DNA of 62,127 nt, the filler included, from Anaerolineae bacterium (GTDB lineage Bacteria > Chloroflexota > Anaerolineae > Epilineales > Epilineaceae), in assembly GCA_029262755.1 (NCBI GenBank). It is 5 parts of 5 records of this genome, joined end to end, with 100 filler letters (N's around TTAATTAATTAA, not from the genome) between each part and the next. Parts side by side here need not be neighbours in the genome. Positions count along the whole stretch, not along the records: positions 13,478 to 30,366 come from JAJCYU010000157.1; 4 more parts are not named here. One strand, written 5' to 3'. Below are positions 19,324 through 30,147 of the stretch, one piece after another; positions within the stretch are counted from its first letter, which is position 1, and each line of letters opens with the position of its first letter. The translations under genes were made by a program, and so were the position numbers. The notes beneath the pieces were generated by a model. It saw only the letters and a list, made by a program, of their open reading frames with translations, made no database searches and was not told where the DNA came from.

Positions 19324-21306
19324 CTACACGTCCCCGCCCCCCTCTTCCTCCTCGTCGCCGACGCCGTCCCACAGGCGGCGCATCTCGGGGCTGTGTTCGA
19401 GCAGGTCGGCCAGCGTGCCCTCGGCCTCGATCCGGCCGTCACGCAGGACGTAGATCCAGTCCGCGCGTCGTAGAGCCGGCCGACGATGGCTGACTACGAG
19501 GCATGCGGGCGGATCGCTCCGCTCGAAGGCTGCGGTGCTCGCGCCATTCGAATGCACGTCCTGCACGTCCTCCTCATAGCGCTGGAAGAGACGTCGCCAC
19601 AGGCGCGACTCCGTCTCGACATCCAGCGCGCTCGACAGGTCGTCGAAGACGAGCAGCTCCGGCTCGCGGACAAAGGCGCGTGCCGCGGCGGCGCGCTGAA
19701 GCTGGCCGCCGGAGAGCTTCACGCCCCGTGGTCCGATGAGCGTGTCCAGGCCGGCTTCGAGATGCTCCAGGTCGCGGCCGAACACCGCGGTCTCCAACGC
19801 ACGGTCGATGCGCGAAGCATCGTCGGGCAGGCCCATCAAGAGGTTGTCGCGTAGCGTGTCGCTGAACAGGCGCGGCACCTGCCCGGCGTACGCAACACGA
19901 GGCGGCACGAGCTCGGCCGCCGCATCGTCCAGCAGCTCTCCGTTCCAACACAGCTCCCCTCGCTCGACGGGGAGCTGGCCAAGCAGCGCACGCAGGAGCG
20001 TCGTCTTGCCGCTGCCGACGCGCCCGGTCACCACCACGAACTGCCCGCGCGCAACGCGCAGATCGATGCCCTCGACGCCGCGACCCGAATCCGGGTAGCG
20101 CCATGTCAGGTCGCGTGCCTCCAGCAGATCCAATCGGTCGCTGGGAATGCGCGCGCGGATCGCCGGTGCCGGCGCCGGGCCGTTCATGTACACCGGTTGG
20201 TGGGCGACCAGATCCTCGGCCGTACCGTCCTCCAACAAACGTGTCAGGCGGTCCCGGGCGACGCCCGCCTGCTTGTGCCGCGCCAGAAAGTTGCCGAAGG
20301 CGAAGGCCGCGTCCGTCACGAGCCCGAGGTAGAAGACGAAGAGCGCGAAATCGCCAACCGAGAAGGCTCCTTCCCGCATCCGGGCGGCCGCGAGCAAGAG
20401 GATCAGGCCCGTGCCGATGTTGAACACGCCGCCGAAGAGCACGTTGAGCATGGAGCTGAGCAACGTGTCCTTTAGTGCGGCTACCCTGCGCGCTTCGTTG
20501 AGCGTGTCGAAGTGCCCGATGACGTCGTCCTCGGCCGTCGCCACCTGAATGGCTTGAATCGCGCCGAAGGTCTCGCCGACGAAGCCGACCACCTTGGCCG
20601 TCGCCGTGCGGCTGATCAGCCGGTAGTGTTCCAGCCGCGCCCGGAGGTGGTTCACGATGGCAGCAACAAGAAGTACGGGCAGACAAACGACCGCCGTCAC
20701 GAGCGGGTCGATACCCGCCATGATCGTCAGCGCGATCGCCGTCAACACGAACATGCCCGGCAGATCGACGGTCCATTCCGTCGCCCAGCCGATGTCGTCT
20801 ACGTCGTCACGGAAGCGGCTGACGGTCTTGCCCGTCGACTCCGCGCGCGGCGCGGCACCCGGCTTGGCCAGGATCGCCTCGAGCACGTTCACACGCACCA
20901 ACGCGCGCACCGTATCGACGAAGGACGAGTTGATCCAGACGCCTACGATGATCGAGCTGATGCGCAGCAAGGCGACGACCAAGAGCAGCGCGATGAGCGC
21001 CGGTAGACCGAGCCGCGCCTCGACGGCCGCCTCGCCGGTCATCTGATCGAAGACCATCCGCAGCACGAAGCCGGAGGCCAGCGGCAGCGACCAGACGAAA
21101 GTCCACGCGACGGCGTCCACCAGCCAGGGGCCCGGCTGGAATGCGGCCAGGCGCATCGCCATCCACCACGTGCTGCGCGGCGGTCGATCGACCGCGGGCC
21201 GGTCGTGCTTGGTCGAATCGCGCCGCCCTTTGTTGCGTCCGCCGCGCTGCCCGCCGCTGCGTCCGTTTTGTGAAGCCTGCAAGTTGCCGTTTGTTGCTGC
21301 GCTCAT
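19324..21306 (-). CDS. ABC exporter half-transporter (TMD+NBD), heterodimer subunit
   Basis: Walker [15 protein letters not shown] signature, degenerate Walker B LLVFDD. Confidence 0.93.
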   Translation of the reverse strand: MSAATNGNLQASQNGRSGGQRGGRNKGRRDSTKHDRPAVDRPPRSTWWMAMRLAAFQPGPWLVDAVAWTFVWSLPLASGFVLRMVFDQMTGEAAVEARLGLPALIALLLVVALLRISSIIVGVWINSSFVDTVRALVRVNVLEAILAKPGAAPRAESTGKTVSRFRDDVDDIGWATEWTVDLPGMFVLTAIALTIMAGIDPLVTAVVCLPVLLVAAIVNHLRARLEHYRLISRTATAKVVGFVGETFGAIQAIQVATAEDDVIGHFDTLNEARRVAALKDTLLSSMLNVLFGGVFNIGTGLILLLAAARMREGAFSVGDFALFVFYLGLVTDAAFAFGNFLARHKQAGVARDRLTRLLEDGTAEDLVAHQPVYMNGPAPAPAIRARIPSDRLDLLEARDLTWRYPDSGRGVEGIDLRVARGQFVVVTGRVGSGKTTLLRALLGQLPVERGELCWNGELLDDAAAELVPPRVAYAGQVPRLFSDTLRDNLLMGLPDDASRIDRALETAVFGRDLEHLEAGLDTLIGPRGVKLSGGQLQRAAAARAFVREPELLVFDDLSSALDVETESRLWRRLFQRYEEDVQDVHSNGASTAAFERSDPPACLVVSHRRPALRRADWIYVLRDGRIEAEGTLADLLEHSPEMRRLWDGVGDEEEEGGGDV

Positions 21307-23081
21307 GCCAACACCTCCTCCAGACCCGTGGTCAGCAACGCGTTGAAGCGCGACCCGGGGTCAGCCAACAGTGCGACGCGCGCGCCATGCTCGCGCACCA
21401 CGCCGTCTTCCAAGATCAATATATCGTCCGCCCGCTGCACGGTCCCCAGGCGGTGGGCGATGACGATGCCCGTACGGCCCTTCAAGAGCCGGTCGACGGC
21501 GCGCTCCAGCAGCCGCTCCGTGGCCGGATCCAGCCGCGAGCTGGCCTCGTCGAGCACGACGAGCCCGGGATCGCGCAGGAAGACGCGCGTGAAGGCCAGC
21601 AGCTGTGCTTCGCCGGCCGATAGCCCGCCGCCGCCCGACGCCAGCTCCGTATCGAGGCCGGCGGGCAGCTCGTCAAACCATGTGCGCAGGCCCAGGTCGT
21701 CGATGACCGCGAGCAGACGCTCGTCGGTGATCGAGCGGTCGAAGAAGCTCAGGTTGTCGCGTAGCGTCGCGTTGAACAGCTGCACGTCCTGCGTGACAAG
21801 CCCGACGCCGCGCCGAAGATCACGCAGCGGTACGGAACGCGTATCCACCCCGCCCAGGCGCACGACGCCCGCCTGCTGCTCGTAGAGGCGAAACAGCAGC
21901 CGCCCGATCGTCGACTTGCCGCTGCCGGTGCGACCGAGCAAGCCGAGCACGCGCCCGGCGGGCAGCTCCAACGAGAGCTCGTGCAGCACGGGCTCGTCCG
22001 GCTGGTACCCGAAGGTCACCCGGTCCAGCGACACATCCAGCGCCCCGGCCGGAACCGCGACCGGACCGATCGACGCCGCGGGCTGCGCAGCAATACGGGG
22101 CGTGCGGCTGCGCAATTCCGTCACGCGCTCCAAGCCGCCCGCGGCACGCTGCAGGTCCTCGAGTTGGTGGGCCAGTTGCTCGAGCGGGCGGCGTAGCACC
22201 TCGGTGTAGTGGAAGATCAGATACACGGTGCCGACCGTGATCGCGCCGCTGTTGAACAGCCAGGCGCCCGTGGCGAGGGCCAGTACGTTGCCCAGCGTAA
22301 ACAACGCCACCGTTGCGATCCACATCGAGCTCCCGAGAAGGAAAGCCTGACGCCGTACCTGCATCGTGCTGCGCAGCAGGTCGTGGAATCGTTGCAGGAT
22401 CCAGCCGCCGGCGCCTGCCGCCCGGATGTCCTCCGTGCCGGCCAACCGCTCCTCGAGGAAGCCAAATAGCTCGGCGGTCACCTCGCGCGCCTTCTTCCAC
22501 TGCGGCACCGCGAAGCGCGCCAGCCGGCGAAGGACCACCATGGTGGTCACCACGAACACGGTGAACACCACACCGAGACGCCAGTCCTCGCGCCCGAGCA
22601 GGATGAGCACGCCGCCGAGCAATACGACGTTGCTCGCGACGCGCATCGAGAAATCGCTCATGAGGTTCGATAGCGCCGTCACGTCCCCGTCGATGCGCTC
22701 GATCATCTTGCCCGGCGTCTGGTCGTTGTGAAATCCCATGTCCAGGTGCAGGCAATGGCGCGTGAGGTCGGAGCGCATCCGGTTCGTCGCGCGCCAGCGT
22801 ACGTCCTGACCCACGTACGTCGCCGCGGCGTCGGCGAGCTGGCCGACGAGCGCAACGGCCAGGAACCGCAGCGCCAAGGTGGTCAGCTCCGCCACGGTAC
22901 TGCCCTCGCGCGCGCCGTCGATAAAGGCGCGCAGAATCTGCGGTACGTAGAGTTGGAAGCCGATACCCAGCGCGAGTAGGGCGGCGAGCAGCGCCACCGC
23001 CACGGCATGCGGGCGCAGGTAGCCGAGGATGTAGCGCGTCGGTTCGTTGCGAAGAAAGGGCACGATGAGCTCCTGCGACAT
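21303..23081 (-). CDS. ABC exporter half-transporter (TMD+NBD), heterodimer subunit
   Basis: Walker [10 protein letters not shown], degenerate signature LSAGE, Walker B LVVLDE; 4-nt ATGA overlap with its partner. Confidence 0.93.
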   Translation of the reverse strand: MSQELIVPFLRNEPTRYILGYLRPHAVAVALLAALLALGIGFQLYVPQILRAFIDGAREGSTVAELTTLALRFLAVALVGQLADAAATYVGQDVRWRATNRMRSDLTRHCLHLDMGFHNDQTPGKMIERIDGDVTALSNLMSDFSMRVASNVVLLGGVLILLGREDWRLGVVFTVFVVTTMVVLRRLARFAVPQWKKAREVTAELFGFLEERLAGTEDIRAAGAGGWILQRFHDLLRSTMQVRRQAFLLGSSMWIATVALFTLGNVLALATGAWLFNSGAITVGTVYLIFHYTEVLRRPLEQLAHQLEDLQRAAGGLERVTELRSRTPRIAAQPAASIGPVAVPAGALDVSLDRVTFGYQPDEPVLHELSLELPAGRVLGLLGRTGSGKSTIGRLLFRLYEQQAGVVRLGGVDTRSVPLRDLRRGVGLVTQDVQLFNATLRDNLSFFDRSITDERLLAVIDDLGLRTWFDELPAGLDTELASGGGGLSAGEAQLLAFTRVFLRDPGLVVLDEASSRLDPATERLLERAVDRLLKGRTGIVIAHRLGTVQRADDILILEDGVVREHGARVALLADPGSRFNALLTTGLEEVLA

Positions 23082-23149
23082 TCGAGCAGCGTCTGCTACG
23101 GGTCGCTCGATGGTGGTTCAAGGGTCAGTGAGTCGAAAACGATTCGGCC

Positions 23150-23196
23150 AAACAAACAACAAACGGCCACGGTCGCTTGCGCGAGATCCGTGGCCG
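23150..23196 (-). terminator. Intrinsic terminator 2 in the ABC exporter leader
   Basis: CGGCCACGG...TCGC-GCAA-GCGA-CCGTGGCCG followed by TTTGTTGTTTGTTT on the minus strand. Confidence 0.75.
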
Positions 23197-23200
23197 GGAC

Positions 23201-23232
23201 AACAAAAAACGCCACGGGCGGGAGGCCCGTGG
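23201..23232 (-). terminator. Intrinsic terminator 1 in the ABC exporter leader
   Basis: CCACGGGC-CTCCC-GCCCGTGG followed by CGTTTTTTGTT on the minus strand. Confidence 0.8.
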
Positions 23233-23262
23233 ACGTGGGAAGCGTGAGACGCGCGAAAGCGC

Positions 23263-23343
23263 CTACATCGCTCGCACCGTGTCGGGGCGCACCGATGCCA
23301 TCGGATCCGCGAGACCGCGGGTCAGGTCGGACAGGATCAACAT
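23263..23343 (-). CDS. Putative 26-aa leader peptide MLILSDLTRGLADPMASVRPDTVRAM
   Basis: AAAGGAGG SD (23350-23357) 6 nt before the ATG; lies between a promoter and two terminators. Confidence 0.65.
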   Translation of the reverse strand: MLILSDLTRGLADPMASVRPDTVRAM

Positions 23344-23388
23344 CGGGCGCCTCCTTTCGCAAATGAGTTTGGGCATGAAGCGGGTGCC

Positions 23389-23417
23389 AACCTACCAGAC
23401 CCGGTCGGCAATGTCAA
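23389..23417 (-). promoter_or_regulatory. Sigma70-type promoter for the leader and ABC exporter
   Basis: TTGACA-17 nt-TAGGTT with an extended TGn. Confidence 0.75.
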
Positions 23418-23458
23418 CGCTTTGGTTGGGATTGACCGCGCATGGTGCGCGGCCGGGC

Positions 23459-24703
23459 CTACAGTCTGGCCAGCAAGGCCCGCATGAACTCGTGCTTCTT
23501 GTCGTCCGAATCGAGCAACTCGTAGATCTCGTACTCTTCTTCCGAAATCGCGCTCGTTCCAGGGCGAGAAACGTTCATGAAGATGTCGATATCGGTGGGC
23601 ACGGCCCCCATGTCGAGCACGTAATACCACCAGGCCTGCGCTGCCGAGAACTCATGCGGGTCGGCGATGATCATCCGCGCGGTGTAGTCCTGACCACCGT
23701 CGACGGGCTTCAAGAAGTGCGGCACCGGCGGATCGGCCGCGGGCGATGGCACCATGCCGACGAACACGGAGCGCTTGCCCGCCGCGGCATCGTCCCGCGC
23801 CGCCTCCAGCTCCGCGATCTGTTCCTCGGGCACCATGCGGCGCGTACCGAAGCGGACCACCATGCCCTCGAGCCCTTCTTCAAAGGTCGAGCGGCGCGCC
23901 GTAGCGTAGTTGATCGCCTCGCCGCCCACGACCAAGGTCAGCGTGTGATCCGCAGCCTTGATCGACGAGATGATCGCGTCGTGGAGGTGTATCTTGGGAT
24001 CGTCGAGACGCGGAGCATGGACGGTGGTCTGCTTGGGAATCGCATCCGACTCCGCGAGATAGCGACCGATGTGTTCCTCGATGCACTTCTTGGCTTCGGG
24101 GCGGTCCATCTCGATCAACGTGTGTAGCGCCAATCGCTTGGCTACGGGATCGTTGGTCTGCAGGTCCTGGTCCAAACGGCCGATTCCGTGGAGGTCGCCG
24201 AGCTTGACCAAGGCGGCGCAGGCGCGAGCGCGCACGGCGGGATCATCGTCCTCGACCCCGCCACGTACCGCCGGCAACACCGCGTCGTCCCCCGTTTGAC
24301 CGAGGATATCCATAATGCGGGAGCGTCGTTCGCCGGTGTTGGTCAGGTCGTTGGCGAGATCGTTCATCGGCAGCGTCAACGCTGCGCCGTAGCCGGACAA
24401 GGCTTCCAGCGCGGGCTCATCCCCATTCATCAAGTAGGCGCTGATCAGTGGGCGGATCGCGGAGTGTGCCTGTAGCTCGCCCAAGCGCTTCTCAACCGCG
24501 TGGCGGATGTTCGGGTTGGCCGAGCCAAGCTTGCGCGCCAATTGCTTGGCGGTCATGGAGTCCATCTCCGGCAGGAGCTCCTCCGCGCTCATCGGGCTGC
24601 CGTCGGACGCGACGGGCGGTGGCCGATGTCCCGGACGCAGCGGATCTTCCGGCCGCTTCGACTTCTTATTCTTCTTGCCGAACAGGTTGCCTAAGACGCC
24701 CAT
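23459..24703 (-). CDS. HEAT-repeat protein of unknown function (paralog of 3524-4744)
   Basis: PAVRARACAALVKLGD HEAT unit; GGAGG SD before MGVLGNLFGKK. Confidence 0.8.
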   Translation of the reverse strand: MGVLGNLFGKKNKKSKRPEDPLRPGHRPPPVASDGSPMSAEELLPEMDSMTAKQLARKLGSANPNIRHAVEKRLGELQAHSAIRPLISAYLMNGDEPALEALSGYGAALTLPMNDLANDLTNTGERRSRIMDILGQTGDDAVLPAVRGGVEDDDPAVRARACAALVKLGDLHGIGRLDQDLQTNDPVAKRLALHTLIEMDRPEAKKCIEEHIGRYLAESDAIPKQTTVHAPRLDDPKIHLHDAIISSIKAADHTLTLVVGGEAINYATARRSTFEEGLEGMVVRFGTRRMVPEEQIAELEAARDDAAAGKRSVFVGMVPSPAADPPVPHFLKPVDGGQDYTARMIIADPHEFSAAQAWWYYVLDMGAVPTDIDIFMNVSRPGTSAISEEEYEIYELLDSDDKKHEFMRALLARL

Positions 24704-24842
24704 GATGTCCTCCCGATCCTTCGCATGCGCGGGGTGGTTGCTCCGTGGCCGGTTTTCACCGGGCGCGCAGGATATCGCGCGATAGCCCCCTGCGCAATCA
24801 CGGCCCCATGTGGCCGCGTGTGGATCACACCCGAATGCGCGC

Positions 24843-25904
24843 TCATGCGTCCACGTCGATGACCACGCGACCACGAACCGTGCCCGCCAAGATCTCCTCC
24901 GCGAGCGCTTCGATGCGTGAAAGCGGCTCGATCCGATACGTCGCGTGTAAGGCCTCGTCCGGCAACAGACGTGCCAGCCGTTGCCACGCAGCCCTTCGCC
25001 GCGGAACGGGGCAGAAATTGGAGTCGATCCCCAGCAGATTCACCCCACGCAGGATGAACGGAAACACCGTGGTCGCCAGTTCCGGCCCGGCCGCGAGGCC
25101 GCAGGCTGCGACGCTGCCGTGCACGTCGGTGGTCGCAAGCAGCGTGGCGAGCGTCGTCGAGCCCACGGTGTCGACCGCGCCCGCCCAGCGCGCGGAGCCG
25201 AGCCCCTTGCCCGGCGGTGCGGCGAGCTCATCCCGGTGGATGATCGCGCTCGCCCCGAGCGCACGCAGGTACGGCTCCTCGTGCACGCGCCCCGTCGAGG
25301 CGGTCACGCTGTGCCCGAGCGCGGCCAACAGCGCGATCGCCATGCTCCCCACGCCGCCGGATGCGCCCGTCACGCACACGGGCCCGGGCGCCGGACCGAC
25401 GGCCGCCGGTCGCGTCGCCCGCGCATCGCCCGTGCCCGCATCTCCCGCCATCAGCCCATGCTCCTCGAGCGCCATGACCGCCAGCATCGCCGTAAACCCG
25501 GCCGTGCCGATGGCCATCGCCCACGCGGCGTCCAGGCCATCGGGCAGCGGGACGAGCCATTCGCCGCGCAGCCTGGCCATCTGCGCATAGCCGCCCCACT
25601 CCGCTTCGCCGATCCGCCACCCCGTCGCGAGCACGGGGGTGCCGGGCGGAAGGCCCGGATCGGCCGACTCCACGACTTCCCCGGCCAAGTCGATGCCCGG
25701 CACGATCGGAAAGCGTCGCAGGATGGGCGCCTTGCCCGCCACGGCCAACCCGTCCTTGTAGTTCAGGCTGGAGTGCGTAATCCGCACGAGCGTGTCGAGA
25801 TCGGGCAATTCCGCCGCAAGCATCGTCCGAAAGCCGCCCTGCTGCGGACCGTCGGCTGGACGCTCAACCACGTAGGCGCGGAACGGATCGAGGGGAGCGA
25901 GCAT
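24843..25904 (-). CDS. acuI: MDR-family oxidoreductase, YhdH/AcuI (acryloyl-CoA reductase) type
   Basis: SSLNYKDGLA, PGIDLAG, IGTAGFTA, TGASGGVGS and VFPFILRGVNLLGIDS motifs. Confidence 0.88.
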   Translation of the reverse strand: MLAPLDPFRAYVVERPADGPQQGGFRTMLAAELPDLDTLVRITHSSLNYKDGLAVAGKAPILRRFPIVPGIDLAGEVVESADPGLPPGTPVLATGWRIGEAEWGGYAQMARLRGEWLVPLPDGLDAAWAMAIGTAGFTAMLAVMALEEHGLMAGDAGTGDARATRPAAVGPAPGPVCVTGASGGVGSMAIALLAALGHSVTASTGRVHEEPYLRALGASAIIHRDELAAPPGKGLGSARWAGAVDTVGSTTLATLLATTDVHGSVAACGLAAGPELATTVFPFILRGVNLLGIDSNFCPVPRRRAAWQRLARLLPDEALHATYRIEPLSRIEALAEEILAGTVRGRVVIDVDA

Positions 25905-26088
25905 AAAGGCCTCGGGTTGGGGGAGGGCGGGTCGCTTTCCGCCGCGATGGACCCGTGCGGCGACTGATCATGGCACGCACGGTGGCCGCGATTCTACGGC
26001 CCGCCCGGCAGCCGTGCGAACGCGGCCACGGCGTCGCGGCGGCCCCCGACGACCCCACCCACGTCGCGGCGGACGTCGAAGGAGCCTT

Positions 26089-26170
26089 CGCCGTCGCCAT
26101 CTGGACCACCGGGGTCTCCGCCGAGGCCATCTGGACCACCGGGGTCTCCGCCGTCGCCGTCTGGACTACC
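26089..26170. repeat. 30-bp tandem repeat, about 2.7 copies, intergenic
   Basis: Unit CCGTCGCCATCTGGACCACCGGGGTCTCCG, adjacent copies with no spacers. Confidence 0.85.
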
Positions 26171-26220
26171 TAGTCACCGCCGTCTCCATCGCAGCGGTCA
26201 CCACCCCTCCCACCACGACC

Positions 26221-29200
26221 TCAATCGCCGCCAAGCAGTCGCTCTCGATACGCGACGGGCAGATACGCGCGCTCGCCGGCCTCGGGCGTCGCCGTAGGCG
26301 TCACGGTCGCGGTCGCCGTTGGTATCGCCGTCGCCGTCGGGCACGGCGGGCTCGCCCCGGGCAGCCAGCGCGTGTGGATCGCTACATCGTCGTCGTCGAT
26401 GTCGCCATCGTGGTCGAGGTCCAACCACGGCCGCCAATCGGGGTCATCGGGCTCCGTGCCACGGAGAGCCGTTAGCACCGCGCCGTCCTGCGCATCGCGA
26501 TCGCCGTCGCGATCGAGGTCGAAGGCATCGATCCAGGGTGCGGCGGGAAACACGTCGGTGCGGGTGCCTGCCATCGCCTGGACGATAACGGCGAGCGGCT
26601 GTCCGGCGGTCATGGAGACCATGCCCGTCCAGCCGCGGTCCACGCAGTCGCCGGCGTCCAGACTGTAGGTCTCTCCGGGTGCGAGCGCGTCGATCGTGCA
26701 GCGCGTCGTCTTGGATGGGCATGGCCCTCCGTCCGCCGGCGGTGCGGGGTGGAAGGTCAGGTCGACGTTGGTGCACGCGGAGCCGGCGTTCTGCACGTAG
26801 AGCCTCGTGTCTACGGACGGGTCGGTCCCTTCACCGCCTGACGCAGGCGATGCAGAAGAGACCGTCACGGGAAACACGGAGGCAACGTGCCGCGCCGGGC
26901 GGGTGCGTGCGCTACTGGGCCGTGCGCCCGTCGGTGCCATGAAGGTCGAACTGATGGTCGCGACGCCATCGGACGTATCGCATTCGCGTGCGACGGAGAC
27001 GTCCAGCGGGCCGGCGACAAGGCGGTCCAGCGGGATCCCCGCCCACGAAGCGCCCGCATTCCATGCCGCCAGGAATTCCGACCACCTCAGGCAACGTGAA
27101 ACGCCGTCCTTGGGATCGGCCTGGAGCGCCCGACAGAGCATCTCGGCCGCCGGCGTGGCGTCGCGGGGCGCGATGCCGATGTTGGCTGCCGATTCCGCGC
27201 TCAGGCCTAGGATCACCCCGCTGATCGATTCCGCCAAGCCATCGCCCATGACGGGCTGCCACGTACCGCCGGGCGCCAGCAAGGGGGAGCACAGCAGGGC
27301 CGCCGGACCGCGACAGCTCGGCGGACACAGGTACGGGTCCCCCCAAACCGCGATCAGAGCGACGAGCGGCGTATCGGAGCGGTTGACGACGGTGATCTCG
27401 GCCACACACCATTCCCGCCATGCAAGGTTGTTCAACGTCGGTAGCCACGCGGTCGCGCGGGCCACCGCGTTGTTCGCCGGCTCGCCTGCGAACGGCTCGC
27501 GCACAGTCTCCGAGACACAGTCTCCCGCGTCCTCGGCCGGCCAGGGATCGCCGTCGATCGTCGTGGCAGACACGAACCCGAACTCGTCGCCCACGATCGG
27601 CGCGGCGAGGCTCGTTCCATCGAGGGTGAGCACGCCGGCAAGCAGAGCATGAGACAGGTCTTCGGCGGAAGGACCCTCCGGGCGGCCGACCGCCGCCACC
27701 TCGAGGCTGCCGGTGAATCCCTCGGGCACGAGGTCCTCCGCTTCGTGCAACGAAATGTGGCGCGTCTCTTCGGCCGCCAGCGTGAGGCAGGCCAAGCGGT
27801 CAGGACCGTGCCCATCAAAGAAGCGCAGCGCCACCGTCGTCACGGCAGGGGCGCGGTTGGCCAGGACGATCTCGTCGACGACCCCGCTGCCCTGCAGGTT
27901 GCGCTGCACACGACCCAACCACAAGCGGTCCCCTGGTCGGCCCGCGTGCGGATCGAGCAACACCCGATACCCCGACGCCGGCACCAGGCCCGGCGCCACG
28001 TTGGTGACCTCGACGACGATCGCCGGCATCCTCTCCGGCGGTCCCACCAGCTCACCGTTTGAATCGACGGCGCGCGAAGCCGTGATCGTGAGCATCGCTG
28101 CCACGGGCGCGTCCAACGCCGCGCTGCGGATCAACAACTCCGCGCCGCCCTCGCTACACAGAACGGCCTCCGCGCTCGCTCCCGGGCCGATCCCCGCGCC
28201 CGCGAGTCGGGCGATCACATCCAGATCACCGCGCGCCTCGCTGCCGCCGTCGCCGGCCACGGACTCCCGTTGCAGCCAAACGCGCACCTCGGTTGTCCGC
28301 CCGGCGGGCCCAAGGAGGAGCGGGATCTCCCGAAGCCAAACGCCCAAGGCCGGATCCTCCGGCGCGCGCGTGTGGCTCCGGGGAACGACATGGTCGTACA
28401 GGAGGTCCGGCGCAAGAAGATCCGCGACCACGGCGAGCGGCTGATCGCTCTCCAACCACCAGCTGCCGTCGAAGGGCAGTCGCGGCGCACAGCCGGTGAC
28501 GTCGACCCCGGCCCCGGCGACGCCTGTCGAGAGCCCGTGCCAACTGAAGGCCTGGCCGGGCTCGATGCGGTACGAAGCGCAAGGCTCCGCGGCTCGCCGG
28601 CATTCATCCACGGACTGCATCCACAGCCTCACCGTGGCACAGGCGACACCTGCGTTCATCACATGGAGCGCGGTTTCGCCGAGTCCCGGATCGATGCGCG
28701 CACCGGGCACCACATAGCGGTGCACGTCCTCGCCGCTGTCGCCCCGCACGTCCGCGTCCGCGATGCCGGGATGGCGCGCGACGATGTCCGCGGACATCGT
28801 CGTTCGGCTCGGGCACTCGCGCATCACGGTTGCACGCAGCGCCGGCCCGGCCATCGTCCCAAGCGGCAAACCGCGCCAGGTCCCTCCACGCCGCCACGCG
28901 TCGTCGAAGGCTTGCCAGCCGGCGCAATCGCCGACAACCCCGCCGCTCTGTACGAGGCCACCCCGCTCCTCGTTGATCTCAGCCGGCCCGCCGAGCAGCC
29001 CGCACAAGGTAGCGAATCCCGGTGTCATGCCGTTGCCGTCCTCCGCGACGCGAGCGGCCGACCCCGCCTTGACCGACAACAACTGCGCCGAGATCGCTCG
29101 GGGCGGCATACCGACGCCCCGGAACGCCCACTCCGATCCAGGGGCCAAGAGCCCCGAACAACCGACCCACATCGGCCCGTCGCAACCACCGGGACACGCA

Positions 29201-29808
29201 CCGTCGGCCCCATCGCCGTCCTGAGCATCGAGGCCCCACACCACGAACAGCACGCCACCCACCTCGTCGCCGACGTTTTGTACGCTGACCCACGGAGTAC
29301 AACTCGAGAACGTGCCGCCTAAATCGCTGAGCGCCGGCAGCCACAGTCGCGAACCACGTTCCGCGTTGGCGTCGTTGGATTCGGCAATGCGCGACGTCTT
29401 CGTGCCCGTCGACCGCACGCTCCCCACGGAGTTCCCCACGATGCCCACCGCCTGCTCGCCTACGGATCGTATCGACGTCGAGGCGGACGACGCGCCCCGA
29501 CCCGCACCCAAACCGGCTCGAATCTCCAGTACGCTCGAAGCCCATGTCATCCCTCCGGCCTCTTCCCCAAAGATCCGAGGAGCCGCTCCTCTGCGCAGCC
29601 CACTGGTGTCCCGCGCGGCGCCGACAACGCCCGCCCCGCAGGCAGCCGCAGCGATCACGACGAGCGCCGCGTAGCGAATCTGCCGGCGCCGGCCACGGTG
29701 ACGAAACCCAGACCGGATGACCACGCGCGGTGGGCGAGAAGGGACGGCTTGGGCGAAACATTCGTCCGTAGGGGCCGCAACCAGCGGCAGCGCGTCGATT
29801 CGTCTCAT
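26221..29808 (-). CDS. Large secreted Cys-rich protein with an internal duplication and a C-terminal dockerin-like double EF-hand
   Basis: Hydrophobic N-terminal segment; duplicated WLP...VWG...CPxxCxGP...CSxLLAPGxxW block; DLDRDGDRD and DLDHDGDID loops; PT linker and AYLPVAYR tail. Start uncertain. Confidence 0.75.
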   Translation of the reverse strand: MRRIDALPLVAAPTDECFAQAVPSRPPRVVIRSGFRHRGRRRQIRYAALVVIAAAACGAGVVGAARDTSGLRRGAAPRIFGEEAGGMTWASSVLEIRAGLGAGRGASSASTSIRSVGEQAVGIVGNSVGSVRSTGTKTSRIAESNDANAERGSRLWLPALSDLGGTFSSCTPWVSVQNVGDEVGGVLFVVWGLDAQDGDGADGACPGGCDGPMWVGCSGLLAPGSEWAFRGVGMPPRAISAQLLSVKAGSAARVAEDGNGMTPGFATLCGLLGGPAEINEERGGLVQSGGVVGDCAGWQAFDDAWRRGGTWRGLPLGTMAGPALRATVMRECPSRTTMSADIVARHPGIADADVRGDSGEDVHRYVVPGARIDPGLGETALHVMNAGVACATVRLWMQSVDECRRAAEPCASYRIEPGQAFSWHGLSTGVAGAGVDVTGCAPRLPFDGSWWLESDQPLAVVADLLAPDLLYDHVVPRSHTRAPEDPALGVWLREIPLLLGPAGRTTEVRVWLQRESVAGDGGSEARGDLDVIARLAGAGIGPGASAEAVLCSEGGAELLIRSAALDAPVAAMLTITASRAVDSNGELVGPPERMPAIVVEVTNVAPGLVPASGYRVLLDPHAGRPGDRLWLGRVQRNLQGSGVVDEIVLANRAPAVTTVALRFFDGHGPDRLACLTLAAEETRHISLHEAEDLVPEGFTGSLEVAAVGRPEGPSAEDLSHALLAGVLTLDGTSLAAPIVGDEFGFVSATTIDGDPWPAEDAGDCVSETVREPFAGEPANNAVARATAWLPTLNNLAWREWCVAEITVVNRSDTPLVALIAVWGDPYLCPPSCRGPAALLCSPLLAPGGTWQPVMGDGLAESISGVILGLSAESAANIGIAPRDATPAAEMLCRALQADPKDGVSRCLRWSEFLAAWNAGASWAGIPLDRLVAGPLDVSVARECDTSDGVATISSTFMAPTGARPSSARTRPARHVASVFPVTVSSASPASGGEGTDPSVDTRLYVQNAGSACTNVDLTFHPAPPADGGPCPSKTTRCTIDALAPGETYSLDAGDCVDRGWTGMVSMTAGQPLAVIVQAMAGTRTDVFPAAPWIDAFDLDRDGDRDAQDGAVLTALRGTEPDDPDWRPWLDLDHDGDIDDDDVAIHTRWLPGASPPCPTATAIPTATATVTPTATPEAGERAYLPVAYRERLLGGD

Positions 29809-30147
29809 GTCGACCTCGGTGGTGGCGGTGGTGGATCGCTTAACTTCGAACTCGCAGGTGGTGTCGAGGGTAGTGATGCGTTGCACGCGATACGAGGGGC
29901 TCGATTCGCAGGATGCGCTTCGCCGGAGGTGCCTCGCTCTGCGTGACTGATGGCGACGTTGCGGAAACGTGTCACCCCGGATCCGCCGCCCAATGTCCAC
30001 GGTCGAGCATGACCTCGGAAGCCTTCACGACTATCGACACTGCGCCGGCCCGCTCGAGGGCGGACGCCATTGGAATCATCCCAGAGCCTTGCGACCATCG
30101 ACCCGGTGGTAGAATCCCGCTCTGTGGCCACCTATCGAGCGTTCCCT

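Noticed and set aside
26089..26170. 30-bp repeats as a CRISPR array
   Set aside because: Copies are contiguous with no spacers, and no cas genes are present.
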